Source: Diplonema japonicum (lineage: Eukaryota > Protista > Euglenozoa: Diplonemea). From it: DNA of 64,000 bases. Below the pieces are notes generated by a model that worked only from the letters and a program-made list of their open reading frames with translations, made no database searches and was not told where the DNA came from. The translations under genes were made by a program, and so were the position numbers. Positions 11,741 to 24,433 of the stretch are shown piece by piece (the stretch's first letter is position 1; every line of letters starts with the position of its first letter). The stretch is from assembly GCA_964019335.1 (NCBI GenBank), contig OZ025738.1, positions 186,001-250,000 of the forward strand, in the 5' to 3' direction.

Positions 11741-14700
11741 TCACGGGGGGAGAAGATGTCCTTTCTGAGCCGCTATGAAGCACGGGGTAATTCCGTTGTT
11801 GTCGGCCTTGTTCACATCTGCCTTTCCTTCTGTGATTAGGAAACGTAATGCGTCAGCGTGTCCCTCTTTAGCCGCCATTAAACACGGGGTAGTACCGTCC
11901 TGTTTTGCCTTGTCCACATCTGCCTTTCCCTCCATGATGAGGATACGTAATGCGTCAGCGTGTCCATTCTGAGCCGCCAAGAAACACGGGGTAGCACCGT
12001 CGTGTCTTGCCTTGTTCACATCTGCCTTTCCTTCCGTGATGAGGATACGTAATGCATCAGCGTGTCCATTACGAGCCGCCATGTAACACGGGGTACAACC
12101 GTATTTGTTAGCCTTGTTCACATCAGCCTTTCCCTCCGTGATGAGGATACTTAATGCGCCGGTGTGTCCATAATAAGCCGCTATGAAACACGGGGTAGAA
12201 CCGTCTTTAGCACCGACCGTTTTTGCCTTGTTCACATCTGCTTTCCCTTCCGTGATGAGGACACGTAATGCGTCAACGTGTCCTTTCTGAGCCGCCACGA
12301 AACACGGGGTAGCACCGTCGTTTCTTGCTTTGTTCACATCTGCCTTTCCCTCCCTGATGAGGATACGTAATGCGTTAGCGTGTCCATTCTGAGCCGCCAT
12401 GATACACGGGGTAGTACCGTCCTGTTTTGCCTTGTTCACATCGGCCTTTCCCTCCATGATGAGGATACGCAATGAGTCAGCGCGTCTTTCCTGAGCCGCC
12501 ATGTAACACGGGGTAGCACCGTCGTGTCTTGCCTTGTTAACATCTACCTTTCCCTCCGTAATGAGGATACGTAATGCATCAGCGTATCCATTCTTAGCCG
12601 CCATGTAACACGGGGTACAATCGTATTTGTTGGCTTTGTTCACATCTGCCTTTCCCTCCGTGATGAGGATACGTAATGCGTCAGCGTGTCCATAATAAGC
12701 CGCTATGAAACACGGGGTAGAACCGTCTTTAGCACCGACCGTTTTTGCCTTGTTCACATCTGCCATTCCTTCCTTAATGAGGACACGTAATGCGTCAACG
12801 TGTCCTTTCTGAGCCGCCACGAAACACGGGGTACCACCGTCGTTTCTTGCCTCGTTCACATCTGCCTTTCCATCCGTGATGAGGATACGTAATGAGTCAG
12901 CGTGTCCATAACTAGCCGCCATGTAACACGGGGTAGCACCGTCGTTTTGTGCCTTGGTTACATCTACCTTTCCTTCCTTTATGAGGATACTTAATGCGTC
13001 GGTGTGTCCATTCTGAGCCGCCATGATACACGGGGTAGCACCGTTGTTGTTGGCCTTGTTCACTTCAGCCTTTCCCTCCGTGATGAGGATACGTAATGAG
13101 TCAGCGTGTCCATTCATAGCCGCCATGAAACACGGGATAGCACCGTCGTTGTCGGCCTTGTTCACATCAACATTTCCTTCCGTGATGAGGACGCGCAAGG
13201 CGTCCACGCAGCCGCGTTCAGCGGCGACAGAGCACGCAGTGCCGCCAGATGCATCCACCGTATCCGCTGCCAGCCTCCCAGAGAGGAGGACATCCTTAAG
13301 AAGGTCATCCCGATTCCTTGCGGCCGCAGCATGAAGCACTGTCCACCCTTTACGTGGTCCCTCTTCCTCGTTCGCTCCCCAGAACCTGTCGCCGAGTACC
13401 TGCACCACCTTGTCGAATACAGCCCGCTTGCAAGAACACGCAAGAAGCCCGACACCTGCTGTGTGAAGCTCCTTTGGTACCCCAGCAAGGTCCGCTCCCT
13501 TGCTCAGCAGAACCGCCGCACTCTTCTCGTGGCTCCTGTCCTTGTTCATCCGCAACACTGCTGAGAGCGAAGCGTTCAGAACTTTAGAGTGATCTATGGG
13601 TGACAGGGACAGGTTGGCACAGCACAGCGACACCACCTGCTCGTTGTGCTCCAACTCTGCCGCCTCCTGAAGAACCGTCTTGCCGACTTTCACATCAGGC
13701 ATTGTCGTGCTGAGCGGGTAGTCTACAAACCTTCCTTCACGCGTCAGCGGATGGAGTTGAAAGCTGTCATCTCTCGTGAGCTTCGTCTTTTGTTTTTCGA
13801 TCGTATGGAGGAGCTTCGCGTTGCGGACACGCTCCACCTGTGTCATGACGTCTCCAAGCCTGCCCCAGTGATAGAAGTCGATTTCCTGCAGCTCCACCAC
13901 CACCACGCGACGCATGCTTGTGTCGAGAGCCACCTCCAGCAGACGCATCACACCGATGTCAGGGCGCCCCACCACCCGGAACTGGGTGTTCGCTGCGATC
14001 AGAACCTCCTTCTCCTCGGGGAAGCGGCTGAACCCAGCGATGCTCCGCCCAGTCTTAACCCGAAGAATGAGGATCGTCCCCTGAACCTCTTCGTCCCGAC
14101 CGCACCCACCCGTCGTCCCAAGGAAGTCCCTCACCACCTCAGGGTCCTCACTTGCACTCGTGGGGTGCGGCATCGTCACCACCGCCCCCACAGAGTACAG
14201 CGACTCACTCACCCGGAAGTCGATTGCACGGAACACGGTCCCCTCGTACTTCGGCTGCGACATCATTGCTCGGTGCAGGGAATAGGCGAAGTCCTTCATC
14301 GGCTCGTAGCGCCCCCGCTCCCCGTGGAACGCCACCTCACGCATCGCCGCGTTCACCCCGTAGCACAAGGGGCTCTCCAGACTGTACAGCCGAAGGTACG
14401 GCTCCGACTTCCCCTTCACCTGCTGCACCGCCCACTCCGCAACAGCCTTCGCACCACCCTTCGCCGCGCACTCTTCAGTCTCCTTCGCAGTCATCGCACT
14501 CCTCATCGCAGCCTCCACCGTCGCCAGCATCGGCCTTGAACACGACGCACCTTTGAAGAACCCGCTCCACCCTCGGTCCACCTCGATCTCGCCGACCCCG
14601 TCGCTGTACCGGCTCACTACTCCCTCGTTCACCCTTCCTCCAGCCACCTTTTTTATTTTTTATTTATTATTTTTATTCTTTTTATTCTTTCTTTTTACCT

Positions 14701-14974
14701 TGAACGCTTTCGCCGCCTTCTGAAGCTCTTCACGCGCCTCCGACACCAGTGATGACACGCTGTCCCCCACACCGCGCTCCTTGTTGCGTTTCAGGAACTC
14801 CTGCATCACAGCAATCACGCTGTGGCACAGTGCGTCGTGCCACTTCCCCATCGCCGTGTCCAGCTCCACCTCGATGGTGGTGGTTGCTGTACCCCCCACG
14901 CTGCTCGCCAACCGTCCACGCAGCTGCACCACCGCTTCCCACGCTATTCTTACAGCTCCCTCTCCCGCCGTCAT
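11741..14974 (-). CDS. ADP-ribosyltransferase + ~15 ankyrin repeats; 2 exons (14974-14699, 14647-11741), ~1060 aa
   Basis: Near-identical ART domain to 151-6919. The 51-nt GT-AG intron at 14648-14698 joins ...AFK|VAGGR in frame. The C-terminus stops abruptly within a repeat. Confidence 0.88.
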
Positions 14975-16129
14975 GGTTTCTTCTTCTTTTCTTTTGTTGA
15001 TAATTGCAAGTAGGTAATCTGTGTGGATGTATGTTGTGAACATGTGAACAAACAAACTGGAGAAATAAAATGCTGAGAAGGATCCTTCCCGTAGTAACCG
15101 GCACTGCAATACACCGTGATGACGTCGACCCACTAGAAGAAATAAATCTGGTTCGACAAATCGCCCACACTTCTATTTTTTTTTTTTGTATTCTTCTTTC
15201 TTTCTTTTGTACCTAACTTGCATCACACTGTCTTACATTGGGGGAAATGGGTGGGTTTTGGAGGGTTATGGTTGATCACAGGTGCTTAAGCTGCGATATC
15301 AGGAGGGTGAGGAGCAAGGAGAGAGGAGGATGATATCAATAAAAAACTCAAATCTATTTCTACGGTGCATGGTGCCCACCGTGGACTGGAGATCCTACAC
15401 GTGCCTGTCACCATTCAAAGGCTTTCGATGTCCGTCTCTTACCGACTTCTAAGCCGTTGATTGGCAATTTCCAGTTCTACCATGTCGAAGGTTTTGTCTC
15501 TAAGCGAAGTGCTTTGCGAGGATCTCACTTTTAAAGTGGGCTGTTCGCTTCTACTTTATCCTTTTGCCTGTCATCTTGTCGATCATTCTAAACACTGTCC
15601 CGATGTTCCTGATCTCTCGCAATTTGCTCGGTTTTGTTCGTCTTCCACATCGTGAACCCCGCCTCCCGTCTTCACGAACACTGTCATATCGTTCATCTCT
15701 TTTTCCCTTTTCAGGGCTTATTCTTTTTCTTTTGTGTGTTTTTTCTTTTTTAAATGTTTCTGTTGTAAAGTGATCTTGCTAACGAGGAAATATAATGAAG
15801 GTGGCTGAACTCATCAGGTGAAAAGGGAAAGGAGAAAAGACGGCCTGATCGCCAGGAAATGCTGGTTCAGACGCGTCGGCGGACGATATAATGGGCTTCA
15901 CCCCCGCCCAGGCTTCGCGTGTATGGCTTTTTCTGACTTGCTAGGCCGGCTTAAGAACGAGAAATGAAATGATTCTCTTAAGGGATTTTAGCCTTTTTCT
16001 TTTTCTTTAAATTCGTCGCTTTTCCCGGAAAAACCAAATAAAAAGTGGGGTCTGGGTTATTTTTGTAATTTAGAAACGCCAAAAAAAAAACCAAAAAAGA
16101 AAAAAGAAAAAAAAAAGAGTCGGCTGATT

Positions 16130-17960
16130 GTGTGTGCAAGCCTTCATCAGGAAACGGTTGTACGCTACGCGGGATATCGTTGAGAAGACCCTTCGGTCCG
16201 GTGTAGCCGACCGCATCCTTCCTTCGATCCACCGCTTCGCAGGCCCGAATAGGTTTCCGTCCGACGGGACCACCACCCCCTGACCCTTCCCTTGTCGGTC
16301 GGTCTTCCCGCCAACCAGCATGATCAAGGTCTCCCAGGGGCGGGGGAACACGTGCCCTATTAGAAGACGTTCTACGTCCACGAACCGACCGGCCGTGCTC
16401 CATTGCAAGGACAGGGCAGCCGTCAACATGTCCTGCGGGGACGAGATCACCTGAGCACCTGCTCCCGTGACACCAGAATCCTCTGGACTTCTAGGCGATG
16501 GTTGAAAACCTCCAGTCTCCCTTGGAGGGAACGACGATAGGCTGCCGTCGGGCCGACCTGACCCATCCGCCAGTAAGTCATGTACTGTAGTGCGGAGGAA
16601 GCGGAAATGCGCTGCGTTTCCTTTCTATCCATAGCAGGAAGGCCTCCTCCTCCGATATCGTCGGATGCCGTCTGCGTACCTGCTCCGCGAATTGCCGACC
16701 CCTGCGAAGGACCGAGACCACCGAGTCTTGAGATTTGTAGCAAGTCCCCATGAACTCTTGCGTTTGCAGTAGTAGGGGTCCCACTTCCTCCTTCGCGATC
16801 GAATAGTCGTTTAATCGCGGCCGACCCTTCGGAGTCGCAGAGGGAGTGAGAAACGTTTTTGATAAATGAAAAAGAGGAGCGAGCGGGGGGAGGAAACCGT
16901 TGACGGGAGCTAGAGAAGTACTGTTCTGATTGATAAGAGTTAGGGATGGTGGATGAGTCAGCTGTCAATGCCTCGCCTTTTTTGGACCCCCACCGTGGAA
17001 GTAATTCGGTCTCTTTGAGGGTTCTGACCTAAGAGGTTCCGACTTTACCGCCGCCGCCAGCCGAGCCGCGGCGCTGATGACATTGCCATCAACCTTCGTC
17101 CATTCCAATCCTTCCAGCCTTTCCTCGTACACCAAGGCCCGTTCCATGCCGGATTGGCGATCCGGAGCCTTAGCCCTGATACGGCAACACTCCAGCTGGA
17201 CCATGAGATCGTGCGCCAGCGGAAACAGGGCCTCCCCTACCGTAGCAAAGAGCGGGAAGATCTGTGTCAGGACCGGAACAACCTACGAACATCGTGTTCG
17301 TGTCCACGCGCAGTGTCCCGGGCGTCCTCCGGGATCGGTCCGGATGTTTCCAAGGAGCTGACGTCTGAGATGGGCGTGTGTGACGTGTCCGACCCAGGAC
17401 GTCACTCTTCTGGTGTCCACCGAGTACGGAAGCTCGTCTGGCACCAGTCCTGCTTGGCCCCCTCCCAGGCCTGCGCGGCCTCCTCCTAGGCCTGCTTGGC
17501 CTTCTCCTCGACCTGCGGGGTCGGAGGATCCCTCCTGGTCTGCGAGACCCAGACTCTTGAGCCCCCCCGGGCTGCTCAAGAATGCCCTGAAGGCGCCCAT
17601 CAGCCTCCGTCAGGACGGGGGCCTGTTTCTCCTCCCTAGCGGGGGAACCCAGCAGCACCAGAGGTTCGCCCTCCTTCTGGACCGCCCATAGACACCGGGG
17701 GCAGAGCCAACCCCTGGAGCCCAGGTCCTTTAGAAGGTGCGTTCCGTCTCTTTTGTGAACCTGCTTGAGGCACGCTTCGTTGCTCAGGCAACCACATCGG
17801 GGGCAATGGAACCCCGTTTTGTGCTCCCGGTCGCAGCCGGCAGCACAGTCCGGGTCCGCCGGCGCCGTGGGGGCCCCCTCCGGGTATAGTATAACCGATA
17901 ACTCCGACGGGTCGATGTCTGCGCAAGCCATTTTTGTTTGTGCAAGCCGTTTTCACCTAC
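16130..17960 (-). mobile_element. Degenerate tyrosine-recombinase element (VIPER/TATE/DIRS-like): PHD-finger gag-like ORF plus truncated YR
   Basis: Cys pattern CAAGC...HCPRC...ACL...WLCPRC in 17170-17931; YR motifs LQWSTAGRFVDVERL and GGKTD..G in 16070-16450. Frameshifted, and the HxxR/Y end is missing. Confidence 0.65.
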
Positions 17961-18389
17961 AGTAGGGATAAACGGACAAGCTGCCTCTACTCTTTTTGCA
18001 ATAACAATTCTTTTCAAAAATTTGTTTACTTGTTCCAGCAAAAAAAAAATGAGGCTTTGATTGCAACACTAGGTGGCGTTAAGCGTGCAATGAAGCACGA
18101 ACTACCTACTTAATTACAGGGGGCGCTCCTCGGCCGAGCAGTAGCTTCTTCTGCGTTCCGCGTCGTGTCCTTAATGCGTGCGGTGTGCAACTCAACCCCA
18201 GCCATGGTGCCCCTGGTAACCAAGATTCTGAGCCCGTGCAGTTTGCTGCCTGTTCGTCACCCTGAGCATCTGCGATACGTTCTTCCACTCGGGCGCTACC
18301 GGTGATGACCGACGGGGAGGTCAACAGCGAACAACACATCTGATGTACTTCTTATATTTCCATGTTATCCCCACCACCTTAAAAAAAAA

Positions 18390-19070
18390 AATGGGGCTTT
18401 GGTTGCAACACTATTTGGCGTTAAGTGTGCAGCTTGGTGGGGGGTCTATCTTGTGTTGTTACCCTTCTGCGTCGCTGCATTTTTATCGGCAGATGGGGTG
18501 GGGATACTTCGGGTAGGTTCGAGGTAGATCGGCACGAACTTGTCGCTCCAGTCGTCTCTCCCCGGTGAACCGGTTGCGAGTCGCTGTTCGAGGATGAAGC
18601 GTACCTTGTCGTACGAATCGAATGTGGGTCTGCAGGTATACCCTCGGATCCGTTTGTTTGCACCAATGGATCGGAGGGAGGATGTCAAGAAAGGTTTCCC
18701 GGGGATAGGAGGGGATCGTGCTTTCTTTTCGGCCACCTCTGACAGTTTTGTCAGAACTTTAGCTAGCCGGTTTGCACGCTTACGTACGTCAGCCGAATCT
18801 TCCAAGATGAGCTGTTTGGTCGTGGCCTCAAAGTCGAGTGCGAGCTCTATCCTTGAGACTGAACCATGGGCTCCACTGCAGCATGCGAAGCCATTTGAGC
18901 ACTTCTGGGACAATTGTATCCCCCTGGAAGTGTTTCAGCCCGTTGTTCTTGTACCAATCCAGGCTTGGCACCGAGCACCCTCTTCCAACCAGCGGTCTGT
19001 TCAAGGGAACCTTTCTACCGCGGCCTTCTTCGTTTCCTGCTTCGCGCTCACCCTCCTGATGATCGCGAGG
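18390..19070 (-). mobile_element. 3' fragment of a non-LTR retrotransposon
   Basis: VSRIELALDFEATT...SLRSIG...GYTCRPTF is shared with 46432-47601 and 62051-63361. Confidence 0.75.
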
Positions 19071-19558
19071 GAAAAAAACCATAAAAGAAAACCAAGAAAC
19101 CATTCAAAGAAGCATGTTTTCGCACACGTGTCTTTTAAAAAATAAAAGAAAAAAAAAAAAAAGAGACATTTATAAAAATAAAACAAAACGGTGATCAAGC
19201 CGTTTCACTTAAATCTAGACCATATACGAGTTCCTCTTGCCCATTGTTCTTTCAGCGCCTTTAGGTCACGCTTCGTCTCCGGTGATGCAAATAACGCCAT
19301 CCGATAGCGAAAACGCTAGTTATTTGGCCAGAAATAGAACACTTAAACAAAGACACTATAAGAAACTAGATACATGAAAAGAAAGAGAAAAAAGAGAAAA
19401 AGAAGAGAAAAGAGAGTATGCTTCACACAATTCTTTCTTTTTTATTTTTTATTTTTTTTTTTTATGTGTTTTTCTTTTCTAAAAAAAAAAAAAAAAAGAA
19501 AACTCGCTATATAAAAAAAGAAAATTACCGAGAGTATTGAAGAGAGTTGTACTAAATT

Positions 19559-20728
19559 CTAACTAATGGAGGGGGTGGTCTGTATACTTACCCCAGACGG
19601 CATCGCAGCCTCTAAGAGCCTCTTAAAAGTATCACTGCCTCCTCGCAAAATAACGGCTCTCAGTTTTTCGCACTCAGACAAGAAACCATAGCCACCAAAA
19701 GAAGAAAGATTGGTCATTGATGATAAATCGACGGTTTCAAGTTTGTTGCATTCAAACAAGAAAGAAGAACCAATTGAGTTAAGATTGGTCATCGCATTCA
19801 AGTCGATGGTTTCTAATTTCTGGCACCTAAACAAGAAGTTAGAACCAATAGAAGAAAGATTGGTCATTGAACTCAGGTTGATGGCTTCTAGATTTCTGCA
19901 TTCAGACAAGAAGTAAGAACCAATAGAAGAGAGATTGGTCATTGAACTCAAGTCGATGGTTTTTAGCTTATTGCAGGAAGACAAGAAACCATAGCCGATG
20001 GAAGAAATATTAATTAAACTCAAGTCGATGGTTTCTAGTTCGTTGCAGTCAGACAAGAAGTTATCACCAATAGAAGACAGATTGGTCATTGAACTTAAGT
20101 CGATGGTTTTTAGTACGGTGCACCCATACAAGAAGCCATCACCAATAGAAGGAAGATTGGTCATCACATTCAAGTTGATGGCTTCTAAATCAACGCAGCC
20201 TAATAAAAAGTAGTTACCGATGGTAGAAACATTGGGGAGGATGAGTTCAACAGACGTCAGGTCGCAATCTTGAAGAAAACCATTGTCAATACTTGTAACA
20301 CAGCCTGTGGAGTCGGTGACAACGAGGAACCGAAGTCCAGAAGGAAGGTCCTTCCTGTTCATGGACAAGACATCGACAGCTGGAGAGTCCCCCACCTCCA
20401 CCACAAGAACCAGCTCAGGGTCAGCTGACACAAGACCCTCAAGCTCAGAAACCATTCCTGAGTTCTTGTCCTTCAGCTCCTCCAGACGAACGGTTCTCAT
20501 CTTCGCCTCCACACGGACCACGGAGCCCTCCACGAGCCCAACTTCCCGAAGCTCTTCACCGCCGTTCCTGTCAAGGACCTCACCCTCCCAAACCAGTTTG
20601 AACTTGCCTTCGAGTAAACCAGCAGCACACCCCGCCTTCTTGTACAGGCTCCCCACCGTCTCCTTCCCCGACACTTCCACATCGTGAACCCCGCCTCCCG
20701 TCTTCACGAACACTGTCATATCGTTCAT
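19559..20728 (-). CDS. Ubiquitin-like + LRR protein, 389 aa
   Basis: MNDMTVFVKTGGGVHDVEVSG Ubl followed by 22-aa LRRs (LSSMTNLSSIG..FL..C..LETID). Confidence 0.9.
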   Translation of the reverse strand: MNDMTVFVKTGGGVHDVEVSGKETVGSLYKKAGCAAGLLEGKFKLVWEGEVLDRNGGEELREVGLVEGSVVRVEAKMRTVRLEELKDKNSGMVSELEGLVSADPELVLVVEVGDSPAVDVLSMNRKDLPSGLRFLVVTDSTGCVTSIDNGFLQDCDLTSVELILPNVSTIGNYFLLGCVDLEAINLNVMTNLPSIGDGFLYGCTVLKTIDLSSMTNLSSIGDNFLSDCNELETIDLSLINISSIGYGFLSSCNKLKTIDLSSMTNLSSIGSYFLSECRNLEAINLSSMTNLSSIGSNFLFRCQKLETIDLNAMTNLNSIGSSFLFECNKLETVDLSSMTNLSSFGGYGFLSECEKLRAVILRGGSDTFKRLLEAAMPSGVSIQTTPSIS

Positions 20729-21975
20729 TTAAACCTTTTGTTGTTGTACCTTATTCCTGTGTGTTTGAAAAACCAGAACACAAGAATAGAGAGGTGAAAA
20801 GAAGATTACTCGTTCATATATAAAACAGAAAAAGTGGGGTGGAAAGGTGTGGACCGAGAAAAGTTAGCGAACATGAAGAGCAAGAGATCAGCACAATATG
20901 GGTCAGCGCCACCCTCGAAGACCATGAAGACTTTACGCAAGTCCCTCGAGTATTCATCCCTCTTCATCTGTTCCTTGTACCTTTTTTCGCTTTTTATTAT
21001 CACTTGCAATATCATTTCAGGTGCTTGCCTTGTGATACCTTTTGGGGAGAACTCACACTTTGTCCTGTAGAGAAGGTACATTTGGACGTCGAGCCACGTG
21101 TCGCTTCAAATTGGTGATCGAAGAGGTCATCATCATCCGTTGTGAAGACCTTGGACTTAAATATAGCTGAGCAGGGGATGCCCCGTGTCGGTTAATGAAG
21201 ATTGCGCACGGTTTTCTTCCAGGTACGGGTACTTTTTTTTTTTTTTAAATTCCACTTCCTTTTCGACTTGCTAAGGCCGCACCCACTAGGTGGGTTGGAA
21301 GTGTCTCGAGACGCTCACCCGGTTGCCCGGGTACTCATGACCGTACTGGTGTTCTCATTCCACAAGCTTTGCTGGTTGTTAGGCACTTTACACTTTTTTT
21401 TTTTTTTTTTTTTCTTTTGGCTACTGCGGGTGCCGGACCTCAGTATCCTTTTTTTTTTTTTTTTTTTTTTTATTATCACGTTATAGGGGTGGGGTAAAAC
21501 TTGTTCAGGGGGGCTTTTTTTATTTTCACTGCTGTGTCTGTCTCGTCGGCTACTTAACATTAACATTTAACATCGACTCTTCCTTTTTTTTCGTGGGCTC
21601 TCCCCCACACCGGTTTCAACTGATCAGGAAACACGAAGCCGTTCCTGAAGGGAAAAAAAAAAAAAAAGAAGGGTTCTTGATACCAAGCTTGCGTACGTAT
21701 ATAGAAAAGCCTAAGGAAGCTTCAAACAAAGGTTTCAAAACTTTTTTTTTGGATTTTCCAACTGTGGGTAGGGCTTGCATGAGAAGGTCATGCAACAATG
21801 TCTGCAACTGCTCGGCACCTTTAGCTGTATGCGGTCTCGCGGCTACCTTCCATACAGGCTTTGAAGGGGTCGGACCCTTTAGACAGTGCAGCACAGAACG
21901 TTGTTGTTGGTGTTTGTAGCTCAAACCCCAGCGGCATCTCGGACCCCGCAACCCCACCTAACGCCAAAACCAGGC

Positions 21976-22011
<36 letters not shown>

Positions 22012-22399
22012 CCACCTCCTCTTGGTCTAGCCAGACCGACCCCACCCAGCTGGGCTGTGTGGATGGTTTGTCTGCGACGTTGTGGGTTCTCCACAGCCTG
22101 GGGGGGAAACTGTAAAATTTCCCTTAGGAAAAAAAAATGCTCAGCAAGTCTTTGCTGGGTCAAGGGGGGGAGCATTTCTACCGAAGAAAAAGAAGAAGAA
22201 ACGGAAAACGAAGTTTCGTCCACCCGTCAGATGACACGACAATCGTGTCATCCAACACTTCTCTGGCCCCTTCCAGCTGCCTAGCAAGCTTGGCATATTG
22301 CTGGTCTTCCCACTCTTCATCTCCGCAGCACGTCGCTGCAACGGCAAGCACACCACAGTATGCTGCTGCAATGAGAGAATTCTCCCAAGCAGGACTCCA

Positions 22400-23983
22400 C
22401 CAGGGCTCTAAAAACGCCCGAAACAATGGGCCCAGCTTGCCTGTATAGCTTGCCTGCTGACATGCTCCCAGGCTGCTTCAACCCACCTGGCAGAAAAAAG
22501 AGGGAAAGTTGAATTATTTTAGTTTATTTTTAAAAAAATACCTCAGATGTGGTCCTTTTATCTCACTTGTACTTGGTACCGTCCACCCTTCCTGACGGTT
22601 CCCTTCTTCCACATACTTGTCCAGCCTCCTCATAGACCACTTTTTATACTTGGTCTTGATTGTCGCCTTCATTGAGGCGTTCAGTCCTATGTCCAGGGCT
22701 GGCACAAATAGGTGAGGCCTGGAGGGACAAACGCTAAGTGAACGTTTGTTTCTAAAAACAAGTTCACAAAATCATCCGTAGTGTGGCCATTGTAGTCATC
22801 TAGGATGAGCAAGATGGGCTCGTTGGGTGCCCAGCCCGATGACTTTATAAGTTTATAGCAACAGGGGAGAAAGACACGTTTTACCCAGAGCTGAAGCGTT
22901 TCTTGGGTGGCCCAGTGGGATTTCGAAGCTGTTAAACTCCAGCCTTTTGGGGGGGTGTCTGAAATGGTTTTAAGTTAGAATAGAGAAGCGAAGAAATAGA
23001 TAAAAAGGGGTGGAAAAGAATAAATACTGCATACGAAAACAGAGAGTCGAATAAAAAAGGGAAAAAGGTGACTGACATCCTCAAGAGGAGCCTGTGTGTG
23101 CAACACGAGGGACGGACCCGGGGTATTTGCAGCGGGCTGGTTCTGTTCTTCCCGTGTAAATTAACTGCGGATGCAGTTTGCCACCAGACAGGGAAACGCA
23201 AAACTGTCCGGTGACGGCACGCTTGTCCCCCAAGCCCCTAACCTTGACAACCTTGGAACCCCTTTTAGCCTTCGTCTTCTTCCCCAGCGGCAGCAGGGGA
23301 AGCGCCGTCTGGTCCATGTTCCAGGTCAACTCTGGCCTGATCCCATGTTCTTTGATGGTCCTTCCGACGTACTCTGCGAACCTCCTCGCTGCTTGGGTGT
23401 CATTGAGGCTGCTAGACTTCCCTGTTGTTGGGTGGCGGCTTGTCATGCCATGCTTGGAGCACAGCTGGTTGGCCCAGGCTTGGGAGAAAGACACCGTTCC
23501 CCCAAACGCCTCGAGGTTCTCCTTCCGCAGCGGGTTGCAGCGGAGACCCTCTGCATACAGGCAGATGTCCGACGCTGCTACCGGCACCCCCCTTCCGTTC
23601 TGCACCTGGATCCAAGCAAAGAGCTTGGTTGTTTCTTCCTCGTTCAGAAGAGGCTTGCGACCCGCAGTAAACGGGTGCGGCAGGGGGATCGACCTTGGAG
23701 CTACCAAAGCGGTGTTTCCAGTCTGATATACTGGACGTTGGCACCGTGATGTCTTCCTTCGCGCGGTACCAGCGCTGGGCCGCCGTGGTACCATAGGTGG
23801 CTGCGTAGCGGCCTATTTTGGCCTTTTCAGCCTAAGCCTGAGCTTCGCAGGAGGCTTTCTTGCTTTCTTGGCGGCGTGCAAGGTGTTGATCTCTTGCACT
23901 TCCCTGGGGGTAAGATGGCCGGAGTTGCCAGCATCCAAAAAGGTACGCTTGCCAACCCAGTTAGTCAAAGTGCCCTGTTGCAT
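22400..23983 (-). pseudogene. pogo/Tc5-type DDE transposase (CENP-B HTH + DDE_1), disrupted
   Basis: HTH-like L..EEE..L..WI...GVPV...FS..W; WNMDQT; LLILDDYNGH; PALDIGLN; WVEAAW. It has an in-frame stop near 23814, a PLE-fragment insertion at ~22958-23093 and a 55-nt intron at 22487-22541. Confidence 0.8.
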
Positions 23984-24433
23984 TTTTGAAAAAGTTAATG
24001 AAGAGTAAGTTTAATGAAAGATTAAGCGTCTGGAATGTGTTTAGGGGGCTAGGAAAATGAGAAATAAAAAGTACAAGAACAACCCTAAAGCAAGCACAAG
24101 GAGTGGTTCGGTTCGACAAGTTTGTGGTAGAAGCGAACAATCAGGATCTGAGGTATCTTTTAGTTCTTGGAAAAGTCCGTAATTCAATTCTCTCTGATTT
24201 TCGTTTGATTTTTCTCTTGCTACAGAAACTAGTTTCATCCGTTTTCGGGTCCAGCCCTTAAAAGAAAGGGGCCCCGGGAAAAAAATGTCCGGAAGAAAAA
24301 ATATCCGGACCGCCAGAGCTTCCGGACATTTTATCTTCCGGTGATTTTTGTTTTACAGTAATTCTTTTTTTTTTTTTTTGGAGCCCAAACACCCCCCAAA
24401 TGCCCAAATAAAGGGATTATTCGGACCCCCCCT

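Noticed and set aside
20806-21180. Possible gene fragments here and at 34290-34850 and 7114-7347
   Set aside because: Coding-like but with no recognisable motif or clear boundaries; left unannotated
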